Counted from the stretch's first letter, positions 18,429 to 28,829 are shown. The stretch: 64,000 nucleotides of DNA from Pseudomonadota bacterium (GCA_043825735.1 JBDRRP010000045.1:1-64000), one strand, 5' to 3'. The notes: a model not told the origin generated them from the sequence alone. Program-made: numbers and translations.

Positions 18429-19628
18429 ATGCATACCCGCGACATCATCCGCCTGGTGCTCCATGCCCTGATCAGCCACCGGCTGCGCAGCGCCCTCACC
18501 GGCCTGGGCATCGCCGTCGGCATCGCGGCCGTCGTGCTGCTCACCTCTCTGGGAGAAGGCATTCACCGGTTCGTTCTTTCCGAGTTCACGCAGTTCGGAA
18601 CCAACCTCATCGGCATCACTCCGGGCAAAGCTGCCACCACGGGAATCTCCGGCGCCGTGATCAGCAACGTCCGGCCCCTGAGTCTCGCCGATGCCGTGGC
18701 CCTGGCCCGCCTGCCGCGCGTCGTCGCCACGGTTCCCGTAATTCAGGGCAACGCCGCCGTGGAACACGACCGGCGCAGCCGTCGGAGCGCGGTGTTCGGC
18801 GTCGGCACCGCCGTGCCGGTTGTCTGGCAGATGCGTGTGGCGCAGGGTCGGTTTCTGCCGGATGACGACCCGCGCGCGCCCCGTGCCTTTGTTGTCCTGG
18901 GCACTACGGTCAAAACCGAGCTTTTCGGCGACGCAAACGCCCTAGGTCAGCGGATCCGCGTCGGGGGCGAGCGCTACCGGGTCGTGGGCGTCATGGAATC
19001 CAAGGGGGAGATGCTGGGATTCAACCTCGACGATGCGGTTTACATCCCTGCCGCACGGGCCATGGCACTGTTCAACCGGGAGAGCCTCATGGAAATCGAT
19101 CTGCTCTATGCCGCCGGCAGTCCTTCGCAAGACGTATCGCGTCGGGCGAGGGAACTGCTCATGGCGCGTCACGGGGAAGAGGACTTCACCATCGTCACAC
19201 AGGATCAGATGCTCGATGTCCTGGGCAGTGTGCTCAATGTTCTCACCATGGCGGTGGGGGCACTGGGAGGCATTTCACTCCTGGTGGGCGGGGTAGGAAT
19301 CCTGACCATCATGACCATCGCCGTCCAGGAGCGAACAGCTGAAATCGGGCTGCTGCGTGCGCTGGGAGCCGACCGGCGGCAGGTTCTGATCCTGTTTCTG
19401 GGAGAAGCCGTTGTGCTCGCCGGCCTGGGCGGCGCGGGCGGTCTGCTGCTGGGGGCCGGCGGTGCCTGGCTTCTGGGAAAAATCGTTCCCGCCCTGCCGA
19501 CCCATACACCGTGGCGCTACGCCCTCATGGCCGAACTGCTGTCGCTTGCCATCGGACTGGCCGCCGGAGTGCTGCCCGCCCGCCATGCCGCGCGCCTGGA
19601 CCCCATCGAGGCATTGCGGGCGGAATAG
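18429..19628 (+). CDS. ABC transporter permease (MacB/FtsX family), second paralogue
   Basis: RSALTGLGIAVG, ISLLVGGVGILTIM..V.ERTAEIGLLRALGA, PARHAARLDPIEALRAE. Confidence 0.93.
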   Translation: MHTRDIIRLVLHALISHRLRSALTGLGIAVGIAAVVLLTSLGEGIHRFVLSEFTQFGTNLIGITPGKAATTGISGAVISNVRPLSLADAVALARLPRVVATVPVIQGNAAVEHDRRSRRSAVFGVGTAVPVVWQMRVAQGRFLPDDDPRAPRAFVVLGTTVKTELFGDANALGQRIRVGGERYRVVGVMESKGEMLGFNLDDAVYIPAARAMALFNRESLMEIDLLYAAGSPSQDVSRRARELLMARHGEEDFTIVTQDQMLDVLGSVLNVLTMAVGALGGISLLVGGVGILTIMTIAVQERTAEIGLLRALGADRRQVLILFLGEAVVLAGLGGAGGLLLGAGGAWLLGKIVPALPTHTPWRYALMAELLSLAIGLAAGVLPARHAARLDPIEALRAE

Positions 19629-19638
19629 TGTTTTCCGC

Positions 19639-20103
19639 TTACTTCTTGTCCCGAAGCAGCAGCAGCGGGATCGGGCAGCGACGAAACATTTTATGCGCAC
19701 ATGAGCCGACGATGGCGTCTGCCAGATTCGACCGACCCTTGGCGGCCATGACCAGAAGATCAGGGTTCTTTTCGGTGATGGCCCTGAGCAGTTCCTCGTA
19801 GGGCACCCCGACGCGCACCATGGTCTCCACCGTCCCCTTTATGCCTCGGGCGCCGGTGCTGTCCAGGATCTGATTGAGATGGTCGCGCCGCTCACGGAGT
19901 GTTTCCTCCAGGTGGTGCTCGACGGAAAACCCCGGTGCGGCCGCAGCCACTTTTTCCATCATCAGCACGTCCCGCTGGTTGAACACGTTGACCAGGAACA
20001 GATCCGCCGCCACCTCTTTTGCCAACTGCGCGGCGTATCGCACCGCGGGCACGGAATAGTCCGAAAAATCCACCGCCACCATGATTTTGCCGATTGTCTT
20101 CAT
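19639..20103 (-). CDS. Universal stress protein
   Basis: KIMVAVDFS, GVPYEEL, DLLVMAAKGRS..L...IVGS.A. ATG 20103 with AAGGA RBS. Confidence 0.92.
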   Translation of the reverse strand: MKTIGKIMVAVDFSDYSVPAVRYAAQLAKEVAADLFLVNVFNQRDVLMMEKVAAAAPGFSVEHHLEETLRERRDHLNQILDSTGARGIKGTVETMVRVGVPYEELLRAITEKNPDLLVMAAKGRSNLADAIVGSCAHKMFRRCPIPLLLLRDKK

Positions 20104-20203
20104 ACCGTTTTCCTTTTCAGTAGGGCGCGTCTGTAGCGACACCGGAATCTGCGGCGCCGCCATTGACCAATGAACCGACGGCCGGCCGCCGGCCTATACC
20201 CAA

Positions 20204-20219
20204 AGCAACTCCCGCGCCA
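20204..20219 (-). promoter_or_regulatory. Sigma54 -24/-12 promoter for the USP gene
   Basis: Minus strand TGGCGCGGGAGTTGCT (GG-N10-GC), about 100 bp upstream of ATG 20103. Confidence 0.6.
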
Positions 20220-20454
20220 GGATGACGGCAGCGCCCGACGATCCGGATGGCCACCCGCGCATTGCGCGCTAATCCAGCCGATACGGCGCACCGGACAGGC
20301 GCTCCGGTGCGCGTCTGGCCGCCGCGGATTGCCGATGCATCTGTCAGGCTTTTTTACACCCCGTAAACAGGCGCAGGAGTCCTGTTCTCCCAACGCCATC
20401 GACGGGAACACCGGGCAGACCCGTTTCCGGTGGCCGGGAAAGCCTGTCGCATGT

Positions 20455-20470
20455 TGGCATGAGGGTTGCT
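20455..20470 (+). promoter_or_regulatory. Sigma54 -24/-12 promoter for the kinase-USP genes
   Basis: TGGCATGAGGGTTGCT (GG-N10-GC), 80 bp upstream of ATG 20550. Confidence 0.65.
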
Positions 20471-20549
20471 CGGTGATTGGAAGAGCGCGCCGGCCGGCAC
20501 CGGCCGGGCGCATCCCCTCGCCGACCCGGAGATGGAGGCAAACGCCGCC

Positions 20550-21533
20550 ATGCCAAACGATGCGTTCCGAAAGCGCGTTTTTGAACTGGCCAGTCGCTGG
20601 CTGCCGTCCCTGAGGGATGCGGCGCATCTGCGCATCCACACTGACACCACCGACTTTTTTGACATCCAATACGGGGATGTCGTCATTCTGGAGGGGGTGC
20701 CGTATCTGATCCGTCAAAATGCAAAGGAAGGTCGTTTCGGCCTGGATGACGAGGAAAAGTTCTGGGTTAAACGGGCCATCAACCTCGAAGACAGCACCCG
20801 CAAAATCATCAAGCTCGTCTTTCATGAACGCTTCACGGCGACCATCGGCAATCTTCAATATGAATGCTTTCGAAGTCCCCGGAAGGAAGCGCGAATCCTG
20901 TCAATCGTCGCCGACCACCCGCATTTCATGCACGGACTTTCAACCATCGACAGCCAAGGCAACATCGTGCGCATCCTCGACCACATTTACGGCCATACCC
21001 TCGCCGACCATGTGGAACGGCTCCAAATCGATCATGAGCGCTATTTTCAAGAGGTGTTTCCCAGCATCCTGGAGCGCTACATGGAAAGTATCCGCGCCAT
21101 CGGCACCCTGCACCGACACGGTGAAAAACACGGTGACGTCCGGCGCGACCACATCATCATCGACGGGGAAACCGGCTGCTACCGGTGGATCGATTTCGAT
21201 TACAACTACCGTCACCGGGAAAACATTTTCGGCTACGACCTTTTCGGTCTCGGCAACATCCTGATGTTTCTGGTGGGCAAGGGCGACGTCATTGTCAGCG
21301 AGGGGCACCGGGACGCGCGAAATCCAGTCAGCGGCATACAAGACGGCGACGTCAACATCGTTTTCAACAACCGCTTGGCCAATCTGAAGAAACGCTACCC
21401 CTACATCCCCGATGCCCTGAACCGGATACTGCTTCATTTTTCCCGGGGAAGCCGGTACTTCTACGAGCAAACCGAGCAGCTTCTGGAAGATCTCGAGTCG
21501 TATCGGGCCAACCGAAACCTGTCCGCAGGATAA
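20550..21533 (+). CDS. Atypical Ser/Thr protein kinase-like protein
   Basis: IIK (ATP-binding Lys), KEARIL (alphaC Glu), HGDVRRDH catalytic loop, WIDFD, DLFGLG. GGAGG upstream of ATG 20550. Confidence 0.8.
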   Translation: MPNDAFRKRVFELASRWLPSLRDAAHLRIHTDTTDFFDIQYGDVVILEGVPYLIRQNAKEGRFGLDDEEKFWVKRAINLEDSTRKIIKLVFHERFTATIGNLQYECFRSPRKEARILSIVADHPHFMHGLSTIDSQGNIVRILDHIYGHTLADHVERLQIDHERYFQEVFPSILERYMESIRAIGTLHRHGEKHGDVRRDHIIIDGETGCYRWIDFDYNYRHRENIFGYDLFGLGNILMFLVGKGDVIVSEGHRDARNPVSGIQDGDVNIVFNNRLANLKKRYPYIPDALNRILLHFSRGSRYFYEQTEQLLEDLESYRANRNLSAG

Positions 21534-21542
21534 GTGACCGGT

Positions 21543-22010
21543 ATGCGTGACGCAAAAGGATTCAATCGCAATATTCTGGTGGCCGTCGACGACTCGGAAT
21601 ACGCTGTCCGTGCGGTCGGGTACGTCGGGTTTTTGCTCGGAAGTGACAAGAATACCCGCGTTCTGCTGCTGCATGTCCTCCCACGCGCGGAGGACGATTT
21701 CTTCTCTTCGGAAAGCGAAAAATCACACTGGGTGGTCACCCACACCGAAAAGATGACGCAGCGCCTCGAAGCACTGCGCGTTGAACTGATCCGTTTTGGA
21801 TTTACCGAGTCGTTTGTTTTCTCCCGCCTGATTCCGACCACCGAGGCATCTATCGCTGCCGCGATTCTGTCCGAGGCCCAAAAAGGCGACTACCGAACCA
21901 TCGTCGTCGGCCGCCACGGGTTGTCCCGGCAGGAACAGTTTCTCTTCGGGAGCGTTTCCAACGCGCTCGTCAACCACGCCCGCCACTGCACGGTGTGGGT
22001 CGTCGAGTGA
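21543..22010 (+). CDS. Universal stress protein
   Basis: NILVAVDDS, LLHV, TIVVGRHGLS....LFGSVS..LV, CTVWVVE. Confidence 0.92.
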   Translation: MRDAKGFNRNILVAVDDSEYAVRAVGYVGFLLGSDKNTRVLLLHVLPRAEDDFFSSESEKSHWVVTHTEKMTQRLEALRVELIRFGFTESFVFSRLIPTTEASIAAAILSEAQKGDYRTIVVGRHGLSRQEQFLFGSVSNALVNHARHCTVWVVE

Positions 22011-22238
22011 TCACACCGGCGCCGGTCCATTTGTGCCATATGTCCACGGCAGCCCGCCCGGGAGCCCTCTTTATGGGTTGTGGAAGGTAAATTCCGTCCC
22101 AAAAGCGGCATCGCGCCGGTTGCAGTGCCCGTTGGCTCGGAGTATGGTTAAGCCATCTTGCCAAAAATACTGAAACAGTAACCGCGACGCACGGGGCGTC
22201 GCCATTTCGGATTGGCGCAAATGGTGCTATGGAGAGAC

Positions 22239-23672
22239 ATGCGGCTTACCCCCACCACCATCCGCGGCCAGATCGTCATGGCCTTTATGGTGTGCTTCGT
22301 GCTGATGGGCACCATGATCGTCGTCAACTACAGCAGCTTCCGCCGGCTGTCACGCTCGATGCAGTTTTTCGACCTGGCCGAAGAGTTCAACAGCACCATC
22401 CTCGAGATGCGCCGCTACGAAAAAAACTATTTTCTCTACCGCCAGGCCTTCAGCTACGAAGAAAACATCACCTACACCAACAAGCTGCAGCTGATGCTGC
22501 ACCGGGAGAGCGAGAGCCTCATCGAGGCCATCGGCCAGGACAACTACCAGCATTTTCTTTCATACGTGAAGGAATATGCAGCCCTGATGACGGACCTTCA
22601 GCAAAGAATCTGCACGGCCAATGCCTGCTCCGAGCTGGAAGCGCGCATCCGCGGCGTCGGCCAGAATCTGCTGACCCTCGCCGACCAATTGGTTTCGACC
22701 GAACGGCGCACCATCTCACGCCTGTTGCAGCAGATGGTGCCGCTGCCGCTGATCAGTCTGCTGGCCCTCGTGGTGCTGCTGGGGTTTGTCGTTATTTTCG
22801 TCGGAGAAAAGGTGGTTCGCCCACTGGCACGGATCACGCGTGAATCGGAAGCCGTGGCACAGGGCGCATTCAAGCGCATCACGCCTTACGGCGGCAACAA
22901 GAACGAAATTCACCACCTCGTGTCTGCCGTCAATCGAATGATGGAAGAGCTGGAAAAACGGCAGGACCAACTGGTGCAGTCGCGCAAGATCGCCTCCATC
23001 GGTACCCTCACCGCCGGCATCGCCCACGAGATCAACAACCCCATCAACAACCTCTCCCTGATCCTGGAATCGTTGATCGAAGAAGGCCAGGACATGGATT
23101 CCGCCGAGCGCGCCAAACTGTACCAGGAGGCCATGGATCAGGCCGACCGGACCAGTGAAATCGTCAAAAACCTGCTGGAATTCTCGCGCGCCAGCCACCC
23201 GCGGGTGGAGATGGTCGACATCGAAGCCCTCGTCGACAAGACCGCGCGCCTGATCGGCAACGAAATGAACCTGAAGGGAATTTCATTCGTCAAACAAGTG
23301 GCCGACAACATCCCGATGGTGCGTCTCGACCAGGGGGGCCTGCAGCAGGTACTGCTCAATTTGTTTCTCAATGCGATCCAGGCCATGGGCAATGGCGGCG
23401 AGCTGAAAATCGTCATCGGCGCCAGCGACGCCGAAGGCGACATCCGCATCGATGTCATGGACAACGGCCCCGGCATCGCGCCGGAACACATCGGGCAGGT
23501 CTTCGATCCCTTTTTCACGACCAAAAAGGAAGGGGTCGGTACGGGACTCGGACTTTCGGTCAGCTACAACATCATCAAGAAAAACGGCGGCCGCATGGAA
23601 GTCAGGAGCACCCCGGGACGGGGCGCCTGTTTTTCCATCTTCCTGCCGTTTCGCGAACCGACGGGGGCCTGA
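22239..23672 (+). CDS. Sensor histidine kinase (2 TM, HAMP, HisKA, HATPase)
   Basis: Two TMs, HAMP (RPL..IT...EI..L..AVN.M), AGIAHEINNP, NLFLNA, DNGPGI, FFTTK, GTGLGL. Confidence 0.94.
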   Translation: MRLTPTTIRGQIVMAFMVCFVLMGTMIVVNYSSFRRLSRSMQFFDLAEEFNSTILEMRRYEKNYFLYRQAFSYEENITYTNKLQLMLHRESESLIEAIGQDNYQHFLSYVKEYAALMTDLQQRICTANACSELEARIRGVGQNLLTLADQLVSTERRTISRLLQQMVPLPLISLLALVVLLGFVVIFVGEKVVRPLARITRESEAVAQGAFKRITPYGGNKNEIHHLVSAVNRMMEELEKRQDQLVQSRKIASIGTLTAGIAHEINNPINNLSLILESLIEEGQDMDSAERAKLYQEAMDQADRTSEIVKNLLEFSRASHPRVEMVDIEALVDKTARLIGNEMNLKGISFVKQVADNIPMVRLDQGGLQQVLLNLFLNAIQAMGNGGELKIVIGASDAEGDIRIDVMDNGPGIAPEHIGQVFDPFFTTKKEGVGTGLGLSVSYNIIKKNGGRMEVRSTPGRGACFSIFLPFREPTGA

Positions 23673-23675
23673 GTC

Positions 23676-25022
23676 ATGGACCACTTCCGCATCGCCGTCA
23701 TCGACGACGAGCCCATTGTCGGACGGGAGATCAAACGGGGCCTGTCCCGCGCGGGGTATACCGTCGAAGCCTTCCTGGACGCCGAGACCGCACTGGCCCG
23801 GTTCCCGCAGCAACCCGCGGATCTGATTCTGTGTGACCTGCGCCTGCCCGGCCTGGGCGGCCTCGACGTGCTGAGCCATGTCCGCCAGCGCTATCCGTCC
23901 AGTGAAGTCATCATCATCACGGCGCACAGCACGGTAGACTCGGCCATCGAGGCCATCCAGGCGGGCGCGTTTCACTATATTCTCAAACCCATCAAAATGG
24001 CCGAACTGCGGGTGCTGGTCCGCCGCGCCCTGGACAAGGTCCGGCTGGTGCGCGAAACCGAAGCCCTCAAGGACGCCCTGTTCTCCCAGTGCCGACCTGC
24101 CGACATGATCGGCAGCAGCAGGGCCATGCGCGATATCTTTGCGATGATCGAAAAAGTGGCCCCGCTCGATTGCAACGTCATCATTCAGGGCGAAAGCGGG
24201 ACCGGCAAGGAAATGGTGGCGCGGGCACTGCACCAGCGCAGCCACCGCCGGGAGCAGCCGTTCGTCTCTTTCAACTGCGGCGGCTTCACCGAAGAGCTGA
24301 TCGCCAACGAGCTGTTCGGTCACGAAAAAGGGGCGTTCACCGGTGCCGCCGAAACCAAGATCGGCCTGTTGGAAGCGGCGCACCAGGGCACGGTGTTTCT
24401 CGACGAGATCGGACAGATGCCCCCCAGCATGCAGGTCAAGCTGCTGCGGTTTGCCGAAGAGCGCACCGTGCTGAGGGTTGGCGGCGTTTCGCCCCGGGCC
24501 GTGGACGTCCGGTTGATCGCCGCCGGCAATCAGGACCTCAAGGACCTGGTCAAGGCCCAGAGTTTTCGCGAAGATCTCTACTACCGGCTCAATGTGGTGC
24601 GTATCGCGCTGCCGCCACTGAGAGAGCGCACGGACGACATTGCCCTGTTCATCCGGCATTTTCTTGAGAAATACGGCCGCGCTTTCGGGAAAACCGTCGC
24701 CGGCATCTCCGAAGACGTACTCGAAATCCTCAGCGGGTATCCTTTCCCGGGCAACGTGCGCGAGCTGGAAAACATCATCGAGCGCGCCGTGGCGCTGTGC
24801 GACGGCGATGAAATCACGGTGCGCGATCTGCCCTCCGATCTCAGAGAACTGTCCATGAGCCACCTGCAGCCGATGAGCCTGCAGACCCTGGAAGAGATGG
24901 AAAAGAAACACATCCGTGAAGTACTGGTCAAAGCCGGCCATAAGAAACAACTGGCCGCCGACATCCTCGCCATCCCAAGAACCACCCTCTGGCGCAAAAT
25001 GAAGCGCTACGGCCTCGACTGA
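23676..25022 (+). CDS. Sigma54-dependent response regulator (NtrC family)
   Basis: [50 protein letters not shown], Fis-type HTH. Confidence 0.97.
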   Translation: MDHFRIAVIDDEPIVGREIKRGLSRAGYTVEAFLDAETALARFPQQPADLILCDLRLPGLGGLDVLSHVRQRYPSSEVIIITAHSTVDSAIEAIQAGAFHYILKPIKMAELRVLVRRALDKVRLVRETEALKDALFSQCRPADMIGSSRAMRDIFAMIEKVAPLDCNVIIQGESGTGKEMVARALHQRSHRREQPFVSFNCGGFTEELIANELFGHEKGAFTGAAETKIGLLEAAHQGTVFLDEIGQMPPSMQVKLLRFAEERTVLRVGGVSPRAVDVRLIAAGNQDLKDLVKAQSFREDLYYRLNVVRIALPPLRERTDDIALFIRHFLEKYGRAFGKTVAGISEDVLEILSGYPFPGNVRELENIIERAVALCDGDEITVRDLPSDLRELSMSHLQPMSLQTLEEMEKKHIREVLVKAGHKKQLAADILAIPRTTLWRKMKRYGLD

Positions 25023-25040
25023 CCCCCGCGGCACCGCCAA

Positions 25041-25219
25041 TCGTTCCACTCTGAAACGAACGCTTTAACATACTTATATAATTATAGTTTCTCACCTGTT
25101 GGCACCGCTGCTCCATCGCGGCCATTTCAATATGAAACAGCCGCCACCGCTCACCATCCCCACAGAATCGATAACCGCTTGTAATTATACAACATATATT
25201 CATCGGCACGGTTCTTGAG
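25041..25219 (+). promoter_or_regulatory. Putative sigma54 promoter with two upstream palindromic activator sites
   Basis: TCGTTCCA-N3-TGAAACGA (25041-25059) and TTTCA-N3-TGAAA (about 25125-25137), an AT-rich spacer, then CGGCACGGTTCTTGA (25204-25218; GG-N10-GA variant). Confidence 0.55.
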
Positions 25220-25266
25220 TTAATGCCTGGGATAGACGGGCACCTCATGACCGGAGATTGGCGTCG

Positions 25267-25686
25267 ATGTCTGAAAAACGCATCCTTGTTCCCCTGGAGG
25301 CTTCCGAAAAGAGCCTCAAAAGCATTCACTACGCGCTGGCGCTGGCAGAGCGTCTTAAAGCGCATGTGTATATCCTTCAGCACCATATCGGTACCACCCG
25401 CCCCATGTCACACGCATCCTGGATGGACGCGGCGCTCTCGGATCTCATCGACAGCGCACGTCGGGCCGGGCTCAACATATCGCATCACGTCGGCACCGGC
25501 GAATGGAAGGAAGACATCGTCGGACTGGTGGCGGCGGAGGGCATTGACCTGGTGGTGTTCGGCGGTGAAGACGACGGTTGGGAGGGTCTTCTCGTTCAGC
25601 TCAAACCGCTGATCCCGCCCCACATCATTCATGTCAAGCCGAAACACCACAACAGCTATCGTGCAGAGGAGGACGACTTTCGATGA
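25267..25686 (+). CDS. Universal stress protein-like
   Basis: KRILVPLEAS..S..SIHYAL.LA, G.W.EDIV..V..EGIDLVV.G. Confidence 0.8.
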   Translation: MSEKRILVPLEASEKSLKSIHYALALAERLKAHVYILQHHIGTTRPMSHASWMDAALSDLIDSARRAGLNISHHVGTGEWKEDIVGLVAAEGIDLVVFGGEDDGWEGLLVQLKPLIPPHIIHVKPKHHNSYRAEEDDFR

Positions 25687-27200
25687 CCATCGTAATGATT
25701 TCCAGTCTCTACCAGAGTGGCAGTGAGGAATTGGCGCAGGCCCTGGCCCGCAAGACCCAATGGCCGGTGCTCGACCGCAAAACGATCCTGGATAAGGCGC
25801 GAAACATGGGGATCCGGATCGGCCGGCTGGAAACGGCCGTCGTCAAATCGCCGGGGCTCCCTGAAAAACTGTCCCGGGACAGGGACCTCTACCTGGCCCT
25901 GGTCACCGAGACCCTGTGTGAAAAAGCCCTCGAGGGCCACCTCATCTATCACGGGCTGGCCGGCCACCTCATGCTGCCGGGCATCACCCACCGGTTGCGG
26001 GTGGGTCTGACGGCGCCGTTCGTTGTGCGTCTCAACCGTGCGGCGGCGGCACTCAATGTCACACCGGAGCGGGCGGTCGCGTATCTTAAAAGCCTGGACG
26101 AAGACGTCGCCCACTGGATGAAGTTCATTCACCGCATCGACGGAAGCACGCCGAATCATTTCGACGCTGTTTTCAATCTTGAAACCATGGGACTGGCCAA
26201 TGCCGCCGATATCCTGTGCAGCATGAAGGACCTGCCTGAATTCGCGCCGACGCAGGCCTCGAAACGCCTGCTGAAAGACACCTACCTCACGTCCCGCGCG
26301 AAGTTGCGACTGGCCATGGACGAAAAGACCGCGCATGCCGACCTTCAGATCCAGGCCGACAACGGCGCGCTCACCGTCACCTACCCGCCCCAGCAGGAAG
26401 GGGTTCGTGAGCACATCCCCGGCATCCTGGAAACCCTGGAAGGATGCCGTGAAATCCGGTGCACCATGGCCGAAACCAACATCCTGTGGGTCCAGGAACG
26501 CTTCGAACCCGAGTCGGACAACTTCCGTCGGATCATTCAACTGGCCCAGCGGTGGGGGGCTGCCGTTGAGATGCTCCGTTTGATGCCCCCCGGGGAGCAA
26601 ACCGACAACGCGCTTCAGGCCCGCAGCGCGAGCAATGCATTTGCCAGACCGGTCTGTGCCATGGCCGATAACGGCGGCGTGGAAGACGATGATCCGGAAA
26701 GTCCGCGCGACGACGGCGGCCTGGACCGGACCCAGGAGGCGCTGGTGGCGCTCGGGCGCTCGGGTGGGCGCCATACGGTCTGCGGCGGCTATGAACGGAT
26801 TCTGGAAACCGCCCGCGGCGACGGTCGTTACGCGCTGGTGGTCATCGGCAACATGTTCCTCTCCAAGGGACATTCCACCCGGACGCGGTGCACGCGGGAG
26901 CTGGCCATGAGCATCCGGGACCGGCTCAAGGCCCCCGTGATCACCGAAGACGAGCTCAAAACGCGGTTCTTGTTCGGAAAACGCCAGGCCTTCACGCTGG
27001 CTGGATTTCTGGCGGCAGTGTTGATTGTCTACGGCCTTGTCTTCACCCATCAGGACGCGGTGCTGGCCTTCCTGAGCGGACCGCTTCACCAGCGGGTCAA
27101 ATGGCTGGCCCCGCTGGTGGTGGCCATTTTCGTCCCGGTACTGGCCTATATTTACGGGGAAGTTGCAGGGCTTGCGCTCAAGATTATCAACATAGACTGA
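25683..27200 (+). CDS. Cytidylate-kinase-like (Cytidylate_kin2) multidomain protein with two C-terminal TM helices
   Basis: IVMISSLYQSGSEELAQALA, IYHGLAGH.ML, LRV.L.AP...R, FDAVFN. Hydrophobic C-terminal hairpin. ATG overlaps the upstream stop. Confidence 0.78.
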   Translation: MTIVMISSLYQSGSEELAQALARKTQWPVLDRKTILDKARNMGIRIGRLETAVVKSPGLPEKLSRDRDLYLALVTETLCEKALEGHLIYHGLAGHLMLPGITHRLRVGLTAPFVVRLNRAAAALNVTPERAVAYLKSLDEDVAHWMKFIHRIDGSTPNHFDAVFNLETMGLANAADILCSMKDLPEFAPTQASKRLLKDTYLTSRAKLRLAMDEKTAHADLQIQADNGALTVTYPPQQEGVREHIPGILETLEGCREIRCTMAETNILWVQERFEPESDNFRRIIQLAQRWGAAVEMLRLMPPGEQTDNALQARSASNAFARPVCAMADNGGVEDDDPESPRDDGGLDRTQEALVALGRSGGRHTVCGGYERILETARGDGRYALVVIGNMFLSKGHSTRTRCTRELAMSIRDRLKAPVITEDELKTRFLFGKRQAFTLAGFLAAVLIVYGLVFTHQDAVLAFLSGPLHQRVKWLAPLVVAIFVPVLAYIYGEVAGLALKIINID

Positions 27201-27229
27201 TTTCCCAACTTAAAAGCCTGGAGGAACGC

Positions 27230-28354
27230 ATGCACGAACTCATGACCATGCAATATATCGACATCAATCTGGCGACCGCCCTGCAGGTCGTATTGCTCGG
27301 TTTTATCGGCGGTGTGCTCAGCGGATTTATCGGCAGCGGCGGGGCGTTTTTCATGACCCCCGGGATGATGAATCTGGGCGTCAACGGCGTTATGGCCGTT
27401 GCCAGCAACATCACTCACAAATTCGGAAAGGCCCTGGTCGGGTCGAAAAAACACGCCGCCGCCGGCAACGTGGACAAAAAACTGGCAGCCTACATGCTCG
27501 CGACCGCCATCATCGGCATCCAGATCGCCGTGGCCATCAACAGCTTTCTCTTTAAAAGCGGGGGCGGTCACGGTGCCGGCGACAGCCCGGGCGCCAACCT
27601 CTACATCAGCCTGGTGTTCGCCTTCATTCTGTCTGCGGTGGCCATCTCCATGCTCAGAGACACCATCAAATCCAGGGGCGCGGACGGTGAGGACAGCGGT
27701 CCGTCCATGAAAATCGCCGAGGCCCTGGCCCGGTTGAAGCTGCCCCCTGTCATCACCTTCGGTGTTGCCGACACAAAGGTGAGCCTGTGGGTGCTCATGG
27801 CCGTGGGCATCGCCACCGGCTATCTTGCCGGCACCATCGGCGTCGGCGGTTTCATCGGCGTGCCGGCCATGATTTACGTGTTCGGCGTCCCTACCGCAGT
27901 GGCCACCGGCACGGAGCTGTTTCTGGCCGTCTTCATGGGCGCTTTCGGACTTCTCAGCTATGCCTACCAGGGTTTTGTCGATCTGCGCCTGACTATGCTG
28001 CTGTATGTCGGCTCGCTGGTGGGCATTCACCTCGGCGTATACGGGGTCAAGGTGGTCAAGGAGAAATACATCCGCATGGCCACCAGTCTGATCATCCTGC
28101 TGTGCGTCTTCAGCCGCATCATCGCCATCCCCGTCTACCTGCGGCAGCTGGGCCTCGTCAGCTACCCGGCCGGTCTGGATGTTTACCTCAAGGGTGGCAG
28201 CAAATTCTTTCTCTTTGCCAGCGGCATTTCCGGCGTCCTGTTCATCCTTGCGCAGGTCGTCAAGGCATATCGGCAGCGAAGAAAAATCCAGAAAACTTTG
28301 CTCGTGGTAAGGGCTCCCGAATGGGAGGCGGCGCAATCGGTCAAGGCGGCGTGA
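27230..28354 (+). CDS. Sulfite exporter TauE/SafE family membrane protein
   Basis: GFIGGVLSGFIGSGGAFFMTP, AVAS, GNVD, second repeat GYLAGTIGVGGFIGVPAMIY.FG.PT.VATGT. ATG 27230 after GGAGGA. Confidence 0.9.
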   Translation: MHELMTMQYIDINLATALQVVLLGFIGGVLSGFIGSGGAFFMTPGMMNLGVNGVMAVASNITHKFGKALVGSKKHAAAGNVDKKLAAYMLATAIIGIQIAVAINSFLFKSGGGHGAGDSPGANLYISLVFAFILSAVAISMLRDTIKSRGADGEDSGPSMKIAEALARLKLPPVITFGVADTKVSLWVLMAVGIATGYLAGTIGVGGFIGVPAMIYVFGVPTAVATGTELFLAVFMGAFGLLSYAYQGFVDLRLTMLLYVGSLVGIHLGVYGVKVVKEKYIRMATSLIILLCVFSRIIAIPVYLRQLGLVSYPAGLDVYLKGGSKFFLFASGISGVLFILAQVVKAYRQRRKIQKTLLVVRAPEWEAAQSVKAA

Positions 28355-28412
28355 TGCGGGTACTCGGAACCGGATCCGCAGTGAAAACTCATCCGAGGTC
28401 AAGGAGAGAACT

Positions 28413-28829
28413 ATGAACGAACGTTGCGAGATACTCATCGTCGACGACGAACCCATCGTGGGTGACCGGCTGAAGAGCTTTCTCACCCGGGACGGCCATC
28501 AGGTGGAATCTTTCACCGACCCGGGTGCCGCCCTGGCGCGCCTGGATGATAAAAATTTCGACATTCTCATCAGCGATATCCGTATGGGAGACATCGACGG
28601 GATCCAGATCATGGAACAGGTGCTTGAAAAACGCCTGCCCATCAAGGTGATCATGATCACGGGCTATGCCACCATGGAACTGGCCCGCGAATCGATGACC
28701 AAGGGCGCCTTCGATTTCATCGCCAAGCCGTTCAAATTGAAAGAGATTCGCCATACGATCCAACAGGCCGTTTCGTCTCTGGCAAAGGAACGCCGGCCGG
28801 CGGCGGCAACAGCGGCAGCATCGTCGTAA
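28413..28829 (+). CDS. Single-domain response regulator
   Basis: ILIVDDE, ISDIRM, MITGY, FIAKPF. AGGAG RBS. Confidence 0.93.
   Translation: MNERCEILIVDDEPIVGDRLKSFLTRDGHQVESFTDPGAALARLDDKNFDILISDIRMGDIDGIQIMEQVLEKRLPIKVIMITGYATMELARESMTKGAFDFIAKPFKLKEIRHTIQQAVSSLAKERRPAAATAAASS

Noticed and set aside
22213..22228. TGGCGCAAATGGTGCT as a sigma54 promoter for the histidine kinase
   Set aside because: Spacing fits, but the predicted TSS would fall at the ATG and exclude the GGAGA RBS; not supportable without TSS data.
23283..28486. Long minus-strand ORFs (588, 477 and 444 aa)
   Set aside because: Antisense shadows of well-supported plus-strand genes, typical of high-GC codon bias; no motifs.
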